Shown: one piece after another, positions 24,622 to 37,627 of the stretch
Numbering within the stretch: position 1 is the first letter of the stretch
How the letters are laid out: each line of letters opens with the position of its first letter
Source of the DNA: Octopus bimaculoides
Taxonomy: Eukaryota
Assembly (NCBI RefSeq): GCF_001194135.2
Contig: NC_068984.1
Span: 14,766,866 to 14,830,865 of the forward strand
Length of the DNA stretch: 64,000 nt
Direction of reading: 5' to 3'
The notes under the pieces: model-generated
The model's input: the letters and a program-made list of their open reading frames with translations, nothing else
Databases searched by the model: none
What the model was told of the DNA's origin: nothing
Program-made: the position numbers and the translations under genes

Positions 24622-25050
24622 AATCAATCTACATCAATACAACAATCACGTGTGTCTCTCAGATCAACAAGAAACGAGAGAAATGAAATAAAAATACAAA
24701 ACAGAAGAAAAAATCAATAAAACTAAGGTGTACAATAATTGTCTTATTGACAGATTTCCAAGCTGGGCTGTGTTAGTGACCAGGTCGCAGTTGAGAGACG
24801 GACATTTTGACACCTTATGAATAATAGTTTATTTTAAAGAGAATTTGACTCCCCGTGTTATAAAACGGTTCGTCTGCAGTGTAGTTGCTTTCAGTTTTAC
24901 CATATGGTCTTAGATCGAATCAGCTGCTCGACACTAAAGCTCGGCCATATAAACGTATTTCTACGTGGTGAATTGTAAAAAAAATAAGAAGGAAAATGCA
25001 CAGAAAATTTAATGTTCGAAAGAATATATATATATATATATATATATATA

Positions 25051-25897
25051 NNNNNNNNNNNNNNNNNNNNNNNNNNNNNNNNNNNNNNNNNNNNNNNNNN
25101 NNNNNNNNNNNNNNNNNNNNNNNNNNNNNNNNNNNNNNNNNNNNNNNNNNNNNNNNNNNNNNNNNNNNNNNNNNNNNNNNNNNNNNNNNNNNNNNNNNNN
25201 NNNNNNNNNNNNNNNNNNNNNNNNNNNNNNNNNNNNNNNNNNNNNNNNNNNNNNNNNNNNNNNNNNNNNNNNNNNNNNNNNNNNNNNNNNNNNNNNNNNN
25301 NNNNNNNNNNNNNNNNNNNNNNNNNNNNNNNNNNNNNNNNNNNNNNNNNNNNNNNNNNNNNNNNNNNNNNNNNNNNNNNNNNNNNNNNNNNNNNNNNNNN
25401 NNNNNNNNNNNNNNNNNNNNNNNNNNNNNNNNNNNNNNNNNNNNNNNNNNNNNNNNNNNNNNNNNNNNNNNNNNNNNNNNNNNNNNNNNNNNNNNNNNNN
25501 NNNNNNNNNNNNNNNNNNNNNNNNNNNNNNNNNNNNNNNNNNNNNNNNNNNNNNNNNNNNNNNNNNNNNNNNNNNNNNNNNNNNNNNNNNNNNNNNNNNN
25601 NNNNNNNNNNNNNNNNNNNNNNNNNNNNNNNNNNNNNNNNNNNNNNNNNNNNNNNNNNNNNNNNNNNNNNNNNNNNNNNNNNNNNNNNNNNNNNNNNNNN
25701 NNNNNNNNNNNNNNNNNNNNNNNNNNNNNNNNNNNNNNNNNNNNNNNNNNNNNNNNNNNNNNNNNNNNNNNNNNNNNNNNNNNNNNNNNNNNNNNNNNNN
25801 NNNNNNNNNNNNNNNNNNNNNNNNNNNNNNNNNNNNNNNNNNNNNNNNNNNNNNNNNNNNNNNNNNNNNNNNNNNNNNNNNNNNNNNNNNNNNNNNN
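25051..25897. other. Assembly gap. Other large gaps: 210-482, 9988-10399, 22763-23076, 30886-31336, 32111-32541, 34706-35087, 35499-36339, 37628-38053, 48429-48835, 59867-60057, 62271-62385
   Basis: N runs, nearly all abutting microsatellites. Confidence 1.
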
Positions 25898-26508
25898 GCC
25901 ATAAAGGCAGTATACAGAGTAGCTGCGGGCTGGACAACAGATTAATGAATGAAAATGAAATGACATAAAATGAATAAATGAGAGACGAAACCCAACGCCC
26001 GCCGATTGGGGTTTTTCTAGAAAACATATTTTCTTTTTTGTTAAATCAATATCAGGTTTCAAACCTCTTACAAAAAGGAGGTACTAAAACTTCTTATGTA
26101 AACGTTTTTTTTTTTTAAAAGAAACACAATTAAGGTTTTAAACCACTACAAATAATGCAATAAGATGCGGTTTCAAACCCTCTTAACGAGGCTTTTTCAC
26201 CTCCTATTCACCGATATATCCATCAATATATCTATCATTATCTTCAGGGCCGCTTGAGTTCCTGAACCCCGCCATTTCCCGTGCCCCATTTATGTACGAG
26301 GCATATCTCATGCTAGGGTCAACCGGCCATATGCAAACTGCTGACTACGCAGCCATTCCTATGTGAACAGCAATAACAAATCAACGTTAATATAAATCTT
26401 TTTATTTTCATGAGAAGCAGCTGGAAATATGGAGCTGCATAACACTCACACACACACATACACGCTTACACACACACATATATGTGTAATGAAGACTTGT
26501 AGAGTGGT

Positions 26509-26545
<37 letters not shown>

Positions 26546-26569
26546 CACTCGTGATCGAGGAAGACTATC

Positions 26570-26990
26570 ACTCGCCATGCGCACTCAGACAAATTTACCC
26601 TTTACACATGTGGCTCCGCTGGTGACTAACAAGTCCGGCCTCTTGATAAACATACACACTTGCAAGCATTGAAAACCAAGCTTTTCCCATTTACTACCTG
26701 GAAAGACATTTTGGAGCAGCTCGCTTAATTTCTGCATGAAAAATGTATGTGTTTTTTTCGAAAATACCCATTCCTTCTCTTACTTGTTTCTCCCACTGGT
26801 GCCGATAACAAGCATTGCTTTCCCAATTGGCTTTCCATATTTCACACGCCTTCAACGAACATTTCACACAATCCTTAAATCTTAGTCTTGCTTTCTGCTG
26901 GGAGTTGCTTTCCGCAAACAAGTTCCGTCATATATCATCTTCTTGGGGATTCTCCGATCATTCATCCGGCAATACATACATACCCACGCA
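26570..26990 (-). mobile_element. RTE (BovB-like) LINE 3' fragment
   Basis: RMNDRRIPKKMIY..QKARLRFKDCVKCSLKACEI..WE..A..R.QWEKQVREGMGIFEK, typical of the RTE C-terminus. Confidence 0.78.
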
Positions 26991-27008
26991 TGTGCACACG
27001 CATGCATT

Positions 27009-27046
<38 letters not shown>

Positions 27047-27119
27047 CCTACTTCAGTTGTATGGGTTTGATCATTAGTATGGCATATGCTCAGGTTTAAA
27101 TACCGGGAGTCAGCCATGA

Positions 27120-27265
27120 TACAGACAGACAGACAGACAGACAGACAGGCAGATAGAGAGAGAGGGAGAGAGAGAGAGAGAGGCAGGAAGACAGACAGAC
27201 AAACAGAGATAGGTATGTACGAAATGCAGATGGATAATACAAATAGACTGGTTTATTACATAGAT

Positions 27266-27296
<31 letters not shown>

Positions 27297-27362
27297 AGGG
27301 GGTGGAAAGACGTACATGNNNNNNNNNNGTGGAAAGACGTACATGCATTATATATACATACA

Positions 27363-27407
<45 letters not shown>

Positions 27408-27528
27408 GTATAAATATAAACATATATTTATATATAAATGTATAAGCATATACATACATGCACACAGATGCATATTCATTTGCATACACACAAGCATATA
27501 AATTAATATGTGTGTGTGTGCATATACG

Positions 27529-27601
<73 letters not shown>

Positions 27602-27978
27602 CCATCCAACCATGCTTGTATCTATACGCATGCGTGTGTATGTCTGTGTGTGTGCTTGTGTCCGTGAGTGTGTGTATGTGTATGTGTTTGTGTGTGTATG
27701 TGTGCGCGTGTGTGTGTGTGTGTGTGCTTGTGTGTGCGTGTGTGAACACTTCAATAACTCTCCTTCAAATAGGCCATTCCTTTGCTAATTTTTCGTTCGT
27801 CTTCCTTGTCTTCTTCGCACACACACACACACACACACACATACACACACACACACATACACACACACACACATATATATACACACTGTCTCTTTTCTTT
27901 TTCTCTCTATCTATCAACATAAATAGAGAGAGAGAGAGAGAGACAGATAAACAGTCAGATAGATCCTGTTCTCTCCTT

Positions 27979-28018
<40 letters not shown>

Positions 28019-28085
28019 CTTCTCGCACTGTTGTCTCTCTCTCTCTCTCCCTCCCTCTCTCTCTATCTATCTCTCTCTCCCTTCC
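27120..28085. repeat. Compound microsatellite field: (GACA)n, (GA)n, (TA)n, (CA)n, (TG)n, (CT)n
   Basis: Direct reading. Confidence 0.95.
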
Positions 28086-28735
28086 TCTCACTTGCTGTCA
28101 AATATTTTTTCTTCGATGCATAATCATATGATAAACAAAACGCCATTGTCAAAGATGGTCCAGTAATTGCAATTTTCACTCAAATAACACTTTCAATTAA
28201 ATAATTATTTTAAAATAAAAACATGTAATCAAAAAGAAATTAGCGAAAATTGATTTAACTTCAATTTTATTATCAATTCTTTATTGAATTCTTTCTTTTT
28301 CTTTTGTTTTAATATATTTTTATAATTGATTATTTTTTTGTTCTTTTTATTTCTTTTCAGTTTTCTTTATGCCTTTTTTATAATGTTTTTGTTCTTTAAC
28401 TAAATTTAGACATTTTTATTTGGGTTTTTTTTTTCTATATTTCATAATATTTGTTACTTTTCAATCCAAATAGAAGATAGTTTTTGTTTTCTTGGCTGGA
28501 GCATTGTATGTGTAGATGCTGTTGTGGTGGTTTCTGCTGCTGCGGCTGCTGCTGTTTCCGTTGCCCTCCGTGTTTTACAAGTTATGTATGTATGTATAGA
28601 TAGATAGACACACAGATAGATAGATAGATAGATAGNNNNNNNNNNNNNNNNNNNNNNNNNNNNNNNNNNNNNNNNNNNNNNNNNNNNNNNNNNNNNNNNN
28701 NNNNNNNNNNNNNNNNNNNNNNNNNNNNNNNNNNN

Positions 28736-28779
<44 letters not shown>

Positions 28780-29754
28780 CAACAGGGTATTTTTGTTTGT
28801 ATGTTTGTTTTATGTATGTATTCTCATGCATATAGCCGCATATCTAGACATGCTCATATATATCTAGACATGCTCATATCTAGACATGCTCAAATATAAA
28901 TGATAAACTTCTGGAAAGTTTTACAGATATTTACAGTTCCAGTGATGGATTGGATCTGTAGTCTTCGAATTAGCTTTCTCCTTTCTGGTTTTCAGAAGCC
29001 TAATTTCTCAAGATTGGTATTTAGGCAGTGTATTACATATCCCAGGGCACCAATAATTACAGGTATAAACCTGAACTTGTAATCTGGATAAGTAACTGCA
29101 GATTTCTCAATAGTTCAACGTATGTATTCTCTTTTTCACTGATCTTCAGCTTTATGTTAACATCCGCTGCGCAGCTAATTTCCACAACTGTGCACAGTTT
29201 CTCTTCTCCGTCCCAAACCATTATATCAGGTCTGTTGTGCTTACATTTTATTGAGGTCTTCACTGGGACATTCCACCAGTATTCCTTTTTATTATGAGTG
29301 GTTATAACTTCTACCATATTGTGGGTTCTTATTTCTTTGTCCTCGGGATTATCCTCCCGACGGATTTCATTATAGAGCGTCCTAGCTACAACATCATGTC
29401 TCATCGGTAGATAATAAAGTGATGACATTTTCGGACAACTGCTTGTGATGTGGATGATATCTTCAGTGTGAACTCTACAAATTCTGCATCGGTTGTCACA
29501 ATTTACGGCTTTTTCTGCATCTCTATTCCTTTTGTGCATCAGGTACTTGGTTGATATTTCCTGTTCCTGGATTGCAAACGTATACCCTTCAAAGTGGGAG
29601 GTAGTAATCCGGCTATTGATCCCTGATAAACTGCTTTGATGATCGATGTTACTATCATCACGGAGCTCTCTACTAGCATATCCATGCATAGGCTTCTGCT
29701 CGTGTAACATCATCCTTTCATCTGATTATACGTTGCGGTGGAGTCGTGCGACTT
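28780..29754 (-). mobile_element. RLE non-LTR retrotransposon 3' part (second R4-like family) with near-intact zinc knuckle and nuclease
   Basis: 218-aa ORF 29057-29713: KPMHGY, FAIQEQEI, CRICRVHTEDIIHITSSC (CCHC), MRHDVVA, HNRPDIMVWD..VVEISC. It continues after a frameshift as FIPVIIGALGYV..KICKTF. The 3' UTR has three copies of TATCTAGACATGCTCA and ends at (GATA)n. Confidence 0.92.
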
Positions 29755-30001
29755 NNNNNNNNNNGAGAGAGAGAGAGAGAGAGAGATTATGAGCAGTAGT
29801 GGTGTCAATCAGACCCAGAAGTTTCGGGTAATGCTGAGTAAGTGCTATGGATAGACCATAGTTAAGCTCTATGTTCGGTGATTATGCGAATAAGGATTAC
29901 AACGTAGGTCATATGTCAGCATGTGTATACATAAAAAAAAAAATTTTCAGAATGAGATAAAAAAACCAACACTGTGAAGATTTTAGAACATTTATAAATA
30001 G

Positions 30002-30049
30002 GTCTTACAGCTGTTTCCAGGATATTTATTATATCCCTTCATCGGAGAC
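30002..30049 (-). ncRNA. Variant minimal hammerhead-like motif (left arm, opposite strand)
   Basis: Minus strand GTCT-CCGATGA-AGGGATAT AATAA ATATCCTG-GAAACAGCTGTA-AGAC, with the same deviations as the right arm. Confidence 0.45.
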
Positions 30050-30147
30050 GGTGTGAAAAAATGGTCAAGCAATAGCTAATTTAGATAAGATACTCTCTAT
30101 TTCGTATCTTATCTAAATTAACTATTGCTTAATCATTTTCTCACACT

Positions 30148-30195
30148 GTCTCCGATGAAAGGATGTAATAAATATCCTGGAAACAGCTGTAAGAC
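30148..30195 (+). ncRNA. Variant minimal hammerhead-like motif (right arm)
   Basis: GTCT-CCGATGA-A-AGGATG..TATCCT-G-GAAAC-AGCT-GTA-AGAC. Stem I is GTCT/AGAC, helix III is the palindrome ACAGCTGT and the triplet is GUA. It deviates by U4C and an A.G opposition at the base of stem II. Confidence 0.45.
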
Positions 30196-30749
30196 CTATT
30201 TATAAATGTTCTAAAATCTTCACAGCCTTGGTTTTTTTACCTCATTCTGAAAAAACATTTTTAGATATATATATATATATATATATAATTAACCTGTATA
30301 AGATATGGGTTCATAGAATCGAACTGCTATCACATTAAGCTCGTCTCCGGACTCGGCTGTCAGTTCACATAATAATCAGTTACAATGTAATTTAATGTCA
30401 ACTGTCGGTATAACTGAAAATCCAGAATATCTGAGAGATAAAATTATTCTCCGATGTGTATATATATAAACATAAAGTCAGGGTATTTGAAGGGAGAATA
30501 TAGTTTTCATTTAACCACGTGACTTCCATAGGGTTACAAACGTTTCGTAACCTTCTGCATGTAATATTAAGTTTTGTGTACAAGGAATTATGAGTACACA
30601 ACCGCATTAATATGTATGCACGGCATCCCACATGCTGATGCAACGAAGATGTTCCAATGTTCTGATGAGCCAACTTTCTTTATCTCCATTGATTTGTGAA
30701 TATACAATTGTATTGTATAACGCTGAACACATGTATGTATATGTGTGAG

Positions 30750-31545
30750 TATATGCATATAGATAGGTAGATAGATAGATACATACATACATACATACAT
30801 ACATACATAGATGTAGTCACTCTGTATAAGGATGAATACATACGAGCAAGCATGTTCGTGCAGATGTATGCATGTATGTATATATNNNNNNNNNNNNNNN
30901 NNNNNNNNNNNNNNNNNNNNNNNNNNNNNNNNNNNNNNNNNNNNNNNNNNNNNNNNNNNNNNNNNNNNNNNNNNNNNNNNNNNNNNNNNNNNNNNNNNNN
31001 NNNNNNNNNNNNNNNNNNNNNNNNNNNNNNNNNNNNNNNNNNNNNNNNNNNNNNNNNNNNNNNNNNNNNNNNNNNNNNNNNNNNNNNNNNNNNNNNNNNN
31101 NNNNNNNNNNNNNNNNNNNNNNNNNNNNNNNNNNNNNNNNNNNNNNNNNNNNNNNNNNNNNNNNNNNNNNNNNNNNNNNNNNNNNNNNNNNNNNNNNNNN
31201 NNNNNNNNNNNNNNNNNNNNNNNNNNNNNNNNNNNNNNNNNNNNNNNNNNNNNNNNNNNNNNNNNNNNNNNNNNNNNNNNNNNNNNNNNNNNNNNNNNNN
31301 NNNNNNNNNNNNNNNNNNNNNNNNNNNNNNNNNNNNTGTATGTATACATGTATGTATGTATGTATTTATGCATGTGTACATGCATGTATGTATGTATGTA
31401 TGTATGCATGCATGTACATACATACGTGTGTATGTATGTGTATTTTTGTATGGACAAACCTACGTATGTATATATGCATGCCTGCCTGTATGCCTGTATG
31501 CATGTATGTATGTATGTATGTACGTATGTATGCATGTATGCGTAA
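30750..31545. repeat. (TACA)n/(TATG)n microsatellites around a gap
   Basis: Direct reading. Confidence 0.9.
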
Positions 31546-31659
31546 CTCTGTGTGCGTGTGCGTGTCTTCTATTGCTTGTTTATTCCATGTTGCATCAATG
31601 TCGTCTTATATTGGCAGGTTTCCTTTTGGAATTCTCTTGTTGCTTAGACCGTTATTCTT

Positions 31660-32054
31660 ACTTTTCATGTTGCTGTTGTTATTGTCAGGGCTGTTACAAA
31701 TTTTTGTTGTTGTTGTTGTTGTAACTCCTGTTGTTGTTGCTGCTGCTGCTGCTGCTGTTGTTGTTATGCTTGTAATTCTTGTTCCTGCTGCTGTTGCTGC
31801 AACTGCTGGTTCTGCTGCTGTTGTCGTCGTCGTTGTCATGGTTGTAACTGGTGTTGTTGCTGTTGGTGTTGTTATCGTTCGTGTTGTTATTGTAGTTTTG
31901 AGGTTGATGTTGTTCTTGCGGTTGATGCATGTTTCTTTTAATCGCTGTTTGTTGCGGCTTATTTCGATGATGATGTTGCTGTCGTTGTTGCTGTTGTTAT
32001 CTCGGTGCCGGAAGTGAACATTTACCAAACACTGTTTCACAAGGAGTTCGTACT

Positions 32055-32110
<56 letters not shown>
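31660..32110. repeat. Degenerate (TTG)n/(CTG)n trinucleotide tract and (TAG)n
   Basis: Direct reading; it produces the low-complexity Thr/Ala/Val ORFs. Confidence 0.85.
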
Positions 32111-32652
32111 NNNNNNNNNNNNNNNNNNNNNNNNNNNNNNNNNNNNNNNNNNNNNNNNNNNNNNNNNNNNNNNNNNNNNNNNNNNNNNNNNNNNNNNNNN
32201 NNNNNNNNNNNNNNNNNNNNNNNNNNNNNNNNNNNNNNNNNNNNNNNNNNNNNNNNNNNNNNNNNNNNNNNNNNNNNNNNNNNNNNNNNNNNNNNNNNNN
32301 NNNNNNNNNNNNNNNNNNNNNNNNNNNNNNNNNNNNNNNNNNNNNNNNNNNNNNNNNNNNNNNNNNNNNNNNNNNNNNNNNNNNNNNNNNNNNNNNNNNN
32401 NNNNNNNNNNNNNNNNNNNNNNNNNNNNNNNNNNNNNNNNNNNNNNNNNNNNNNNNNNNNNNNNNNNNNNNNNNNNNNNNNNNNNNNNNNNNNNNNNNNN
32501 NNNNNNNNNNNNNNNNNNNNNNNNNNNNNNNNNNNNNNNNNGGTGGCGATGGTTCTTGTATACAAGTTTATGGAACGCATAAATGAATCGAACATCTTTT
32601 GAATGCATGAAAGAACTACGGAAGCAATCTTGGAAATGGAGTTCACAAATAC

Positions 32653-32697
<45 letters not shown>

Positions 32698-32913
32698 TAC
32701 ATATATATGTACCTGTACGTCAGTGTATGTGTGTCTCTGTGTTTTCATGACTGTGTGCGCGTTCATGAGTGTGTGTATGTGTGTGTTGTGTGTGTATGTG
32801 TGTCTCTGTGTCAGTATGTGTATATGTATGTATATATGGAAGGAGATAGAAGGGGGGGATGTATATGCATGTTGTATGTAATTTAATACACCACTACTTA
32901 TGCACATAACAAT

Positions 32914-33236
32914 GTGAAGTCGCGTGGCTTAGTGGTTAGGGCATGCGGCTCACGATTGTAAGGTCGTGTGTTCAATTCCTGGTGACGCGTTGCGTCCTTG
33001 AGTAAGACACTTTATTTCATGTTGCTCCAGTCCACTCAGCTTGCAAAAATGAGTAGTACCTGTATTTCAAAGGACCAGCCTTGTCACATTCTGTGTCACG
33101 CTGAATCTCCCTGAGAACTACGTTGAGGGTACACGTGTCTGTGGAGTGGTCAGTCACTTGCACGTTAATTTCATGAGCAAGCTGTTCCGTTGATTGGATC
33201 AACAGGAACGCTCATCGTCGAAACCGACGGAGTACT
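32914..33236 (+). mobile_element. tRNA-derived SINE: family D-type head with family C-type 3' half
   Basis: GTGGCTTAGTGGTTAGG A-box, GTTCAATTCC B-box and CORE-like GTCCTTGAGTAAGACACTT. The 3' ~190 bp align to the 3' halves of 1456-1830 and 43990-44375. Confidence 0.88.
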
Positions 33237-33277
33237 CCTTTGAATGGATACAACAACACGGTGTACCTGTAAGTATA

Positions 33278-33450
33278 TTCTTTTATTTGTTTCAGTCATT
33301 TGACTGCTGCCATGCTGGAGCACCGCATTTTGTCGAGCAAATTGAACCCAGGACTTATTCTTTGTAAGCCTAGTACTTATTCTATCGGGTCTCTTTTACC
33401 GAACCACTAAGTTACGGGGATGTAAACACAACAGCATCGGTTGTCAAGCG
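33278..33450 (-). mobile_element. SINE family A, 3' half only
   Basis: Matches the tail half of 16964-17380. Confidence 0.88.
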
Positions 33451-36400
33451 TAACTTAGCTGTTGCTACCAAGTTCCAGTTTGGGCCAGGAGTACCTGTGG
33501 TCGGAAGAGTGAGTTCGTCGTGTCTTTTTGTTTTGTTTTTCCTGAACTGTTTCCTCTTTTCCTGTTTACTTCAAAGACTTTTTTTAACTATCTCTGTGAA
33601 CTGTCTTTTTGTATTTTTCTAACATGACGGACAACAAGAACAACGGTTCGAAACGTGTGTTGTACCCAATAAAGTCCATTACACATTTCATCTCCTATTT
33701 TATTAATACTGTTACCCCAACCGCCACTACGAAATTCCTGCAATAAATCTACAGATAACAACAGGTAGTCAAAACTGTGCTGATGCCTTACCCATCACCT
33801 ATTTATACATTTTGTACAATTTCTCCATTATAAATATATATATATATACAAATGATATGTGAGCATATGCATATATACATACATATGTCTACATACCTAC
33901 ATCTACATGTATATATAGATGCATATCCGAGTACAGGACGTCAAAAAACGTAGACAAAAATGGAACGGGAACATAACAAAGCACAAAAAGCGAACTTTTT
34001 CTTACGGACAACAGAATGAACACATAGGAAAACAGACAAGCCACATATGGAACTTTTCCTTCATCAGCTGCCTCTATTCTAAACTAGGCGTTTCGAAGAT
34101 GAGGCAGAACGCGATCTTAGAATAGCTCTTCCCGCAATGCAAAACCTACATATATATATATATATATGTATTTATGTATCTATGTATTATGCATAAACAC
34201 ACACACACACACATACAGACGTTGGTGGGTTGGTGGCGCTGGTGCTGGTTGTATTCATTTCCGTATTGGTGACGTTAATGACGGCGATTGTGGAGGTATT
34301 ATTGATGGTGACAATGATCATATTGTTCTTGTTTAACGTATTGTTGTTGCTGGTTAGTTTCAGGTCAATCCTCGGTGACCCGAGATCAAAACCATTCCAT
34401 TCAGCGTTTAAAATAAACCGGAGCACCACATTATCTCATGAGACTGTCTTTTATTTCAGATAGAACTGGGGTTTTTTTGTTTTTGTTTTTTTTTTCGTAT
34501 TATTATTGTTGCTGTCGTTATCGGTCGTTAGGGAGTTGCTGGGTTGCTATTGGTTACGATACTGGTATTGGTTGTGTTGGTGCTAAAGTTAGATAGTGAC
34601 ATTTGCTTAAGGTTGATTAAGCAACATCCACAGATATATATAATATAGACAGGTATGTATGTATATATATATATATATACATACACACACACACACACAC
34701 ACACANNNNNNNNNNNNNNNNNNNNNNNNNNNNNNNNNNNNNNNNNNNNNNNNNNNNNNNNNNNNNNNNNNNNNNNNNNNNNNNNNNNNNNNNNNNNNNN
34801 NNNNNNNNNNNNNNNNNNNNNNNNNNNNNNNNNNNNNNNNNNNNNNNNNNNNNNNNNNNNNNNNNNNNNNNNNNNNNNNNNNNNNNNNNNNNNNNNNNNN
34901 NNNNNNNNNNNNNNNNNNNNNNNNNNNNNNNNNNNNNNNNNNNNNNNNNNNNNNNNNNNNNNNNNNNNNNNNNNNNNNNNNNNNNNNNNNNNNNNNNNNN
35001 NNNNNNNNNNNNNNNNNNNNNNNNNNNNNNNNNNNNNNNNNNNNNNNNNNNNNNNNNNNNNNNNNNNNNNNNNNNNNNNNNNNNNNNTGTGTGTGTGTGT
35101 GTGTGTGTGTAGATATGTATATGTGTATATATAAAGAGAGAATTAGAGTGAGAGAGAGAAAGAGAAGGAGAAGAAAAGAGAGAGATAAATACATACATAC
35201 ATACATACACAGACAGGAGTAGATAAATAGTTAGACAGATAGGCAGACAGACAGACTGACAGAATGACAGGCAGACAGGATGTCAGACTGACAGTCAGGT
35301 ATTCGAATCTGAGATATCACAATGCTGCCACTCATTTTCACAGCTTGTTATGCAAGATTGTGATATCTAAGATTTAATAATTATATACACTCCGCAATAT
35401 TATCTGAGAACTGTAAACAGTTCTCAGTGCACACACACATATATATATATATATATATGTGTGTGTTTGTGTGTGTAAGTGTATGTGTGTATATATATNN
35501 NNNNNNNNNNNNNNNNNNNNNNNNNNNNNNNNNNNNNNNNNNNNNNNNNNNNNNNNNNNNNNNNNNNNNNNNNNNNNNNNNNNNNNNNNNNNNNNNNNNN
35601 NNNNNNNNNNNNNNNNNNNNNNNNNNNNNNNNNNNNNNNNNNNNNNNNNNNNNNNNNNNNNNNNNNNNNNNNNNNNNNNNNNNNNNNNNNNNNNNNNNNN
35701 NNNNNNNNNNNNNNNNNNNNNNNNNNNNNNNNNNNNNNNNNNNNNNNNNNNNNNNNNNNNNNNNNNNNNNNNNNNNNNNNNNNNNNNNNNNNNNNNNNNN
35801 NNNNNNNNNNNNNNNNNNNNNNNNNNNNNNNNNNNNNNNNNNNNNNNNNNNNNNNNNNNNNNNNNNNNNNNNNNNNNNNNNNNNNNNNNNNNNNNNNNNN
35901 NNNNNNNNNNNNNNNNNNNNNNNNNNNNNNNNNNNNNNNNNNNNNNNNNNNNNNNNNNNNNNNNNNNNNNNNNNNNNNNNNNNNNNNNNNNNNNNNNNNN
36001 NNNNNNNNNNNNNNNNNNNNNNNNNNNNNNNNNNNNNNNNNNNNNNNNNNNNNNNNNNNNNNNNNNNNNNNNNNNNNNNNNNNNNNNNNNNNNNNNNNNN
36101 NNNNNNNNNNNNNNNNNNNNNNNNNNNNNNNNNNNNNNNNNNNNNNNNNNNNNNNNNNNNNNNNNNNNNNNNNNNNNNNNNNNNNNNNNNNNNNNNNNNN
36201 NNNNNNNNNNNNNNNNNNNNNNNNNNNNNNNNNNNNNNNNNNNNNNNNNNNNNNNNNNNNNNNNNNNNNNNNNNNNNNNNNNNNNNNNNNNNNNNNNNNN
36301 NNNNNNNNNNNNNNNNNNNNNNNNNNNNNNNNNNNNNNNTTATATATATATATATATATACACATATATATACATAGATATATATATATTTATATATGTA

Positions 36401-36490
36401 CATGTATACACACATACATGTATGTATGTATGTGTGTGTACATACATACAAATGGCGTATATATAGATATAGATATATAGAAATAGAGAG

Positions 36491-36558
<68 letters not shown>

Positions 36559-36889
36559 GTGAGATTGAACATCCTCGTGATTGTTATCCTCAACAACAAC
36601 ATCCTCATCATCATCATAATAATTATCATTATTACTTTGTATTAACACCATTATTGTTATCGTCATTCATGTCTTTTATTCCTTGAGGTTTTATTCCAAA
36701 TTAAATTTTAAAAATATAAAGAACTATTGGAATTCTTACCTAATATCTATAAAACTCTTATAATTACTTACCTCCGGTCGTAAACACTTGTGAAACTAAT
36801 TTCAGTTTCTGCATTTTTGCTCCTGTCTAATCTTAATGTGCTATATATTATATATTTATATCATACATTTATATTGTATATTTATATTG

Positions 36890-37627
36890 CTTTATGTACT
36901 TGTGTACCTGTGCGTTGGCGTAGATGTGTAGGCGTCTGTATGTGTTGATGTTCTCTCTATATATGTTCTGGTGTCTTTGTATTTCTGTATCTGGGTGTAT
37001 GCGTTGGAGTGTCTGTATGCGTTCGTTTGCTCTGTTGCACATTTATATGATTCTGGATTTGTGCGCCTGCGCGTTGGCGTAAGTGTATATTTGTGCCTGT
37101 GTGTTTGTGTAAATATCTGTGTGTGTGTTTGTGTATCTTGATATTTTTGTGTGCGATATATTATATACATAGACAAATATCTGTATGTATATACGTATTT
37201 ATGCTTGAATGTCTGTATATATGTATGTATGTATTTTGTATGTTAGTATGTATGCATGTACTTTATATGTATATATAATGTATGTAAGTGTATATGTATG
37301 TATATACGTATGAACGTATGTATATATGTAAGTATGTATATGTGTATGTATATATGTATGTATGTATGCATGCATATATGTATGTATGTAAGTATGTATG
37401 TGTGCATGTATGAATTTATGCATGTATGTATGTGTATGTATAATTTATGTATGTATTTAAGTATATATGCATACGTATAATGTACGTATGTATGTAAGTA
37501 TAAGTATAATGTATGTATGCCTGTGTATAATGTGTGTCTGTAAGAATGTATGTAAGTATGTATGTGCGTATGTATAATGTATGTATAATGTATGTATGTA
37601 CGTGTGTGTAATGTATGTGTGCATATG
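36890..37627. repeat. Degenerate (TATG)n/(TG)n low-complexity field
   Basis: Direct reading. Confidence 0.85.

Larger units (their letters stand above)
29944..30253. repeat. 310-bp imperfect palindrome (150-bp arms, 10-nt loop)
   Basis: 29944-30093 is the reverse complement of 30104-30253; loop TCTCTATTTC. Confidence 0.95.

Noticed and set aside
27302-27345. 17-bp direct repeat GTGGAAAGACGTACATG either side of 10 Ns
   Set aside because: Typical unmerged contig overlap, so an assembly artefact.
31606-32110. Thr/Ala-rich mucin-like ORF
   Set aside because: A degenerate (CAA)/(CAG) trinucleotide tract open in several frames, with no splice or domain support.
35307-35374. Small hairpin ATCTGAGATATCACAAT..ATTGTGATATCTAAGAT
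   Set aside because: Single short inverted repeat with no TSD, second copy or other support.
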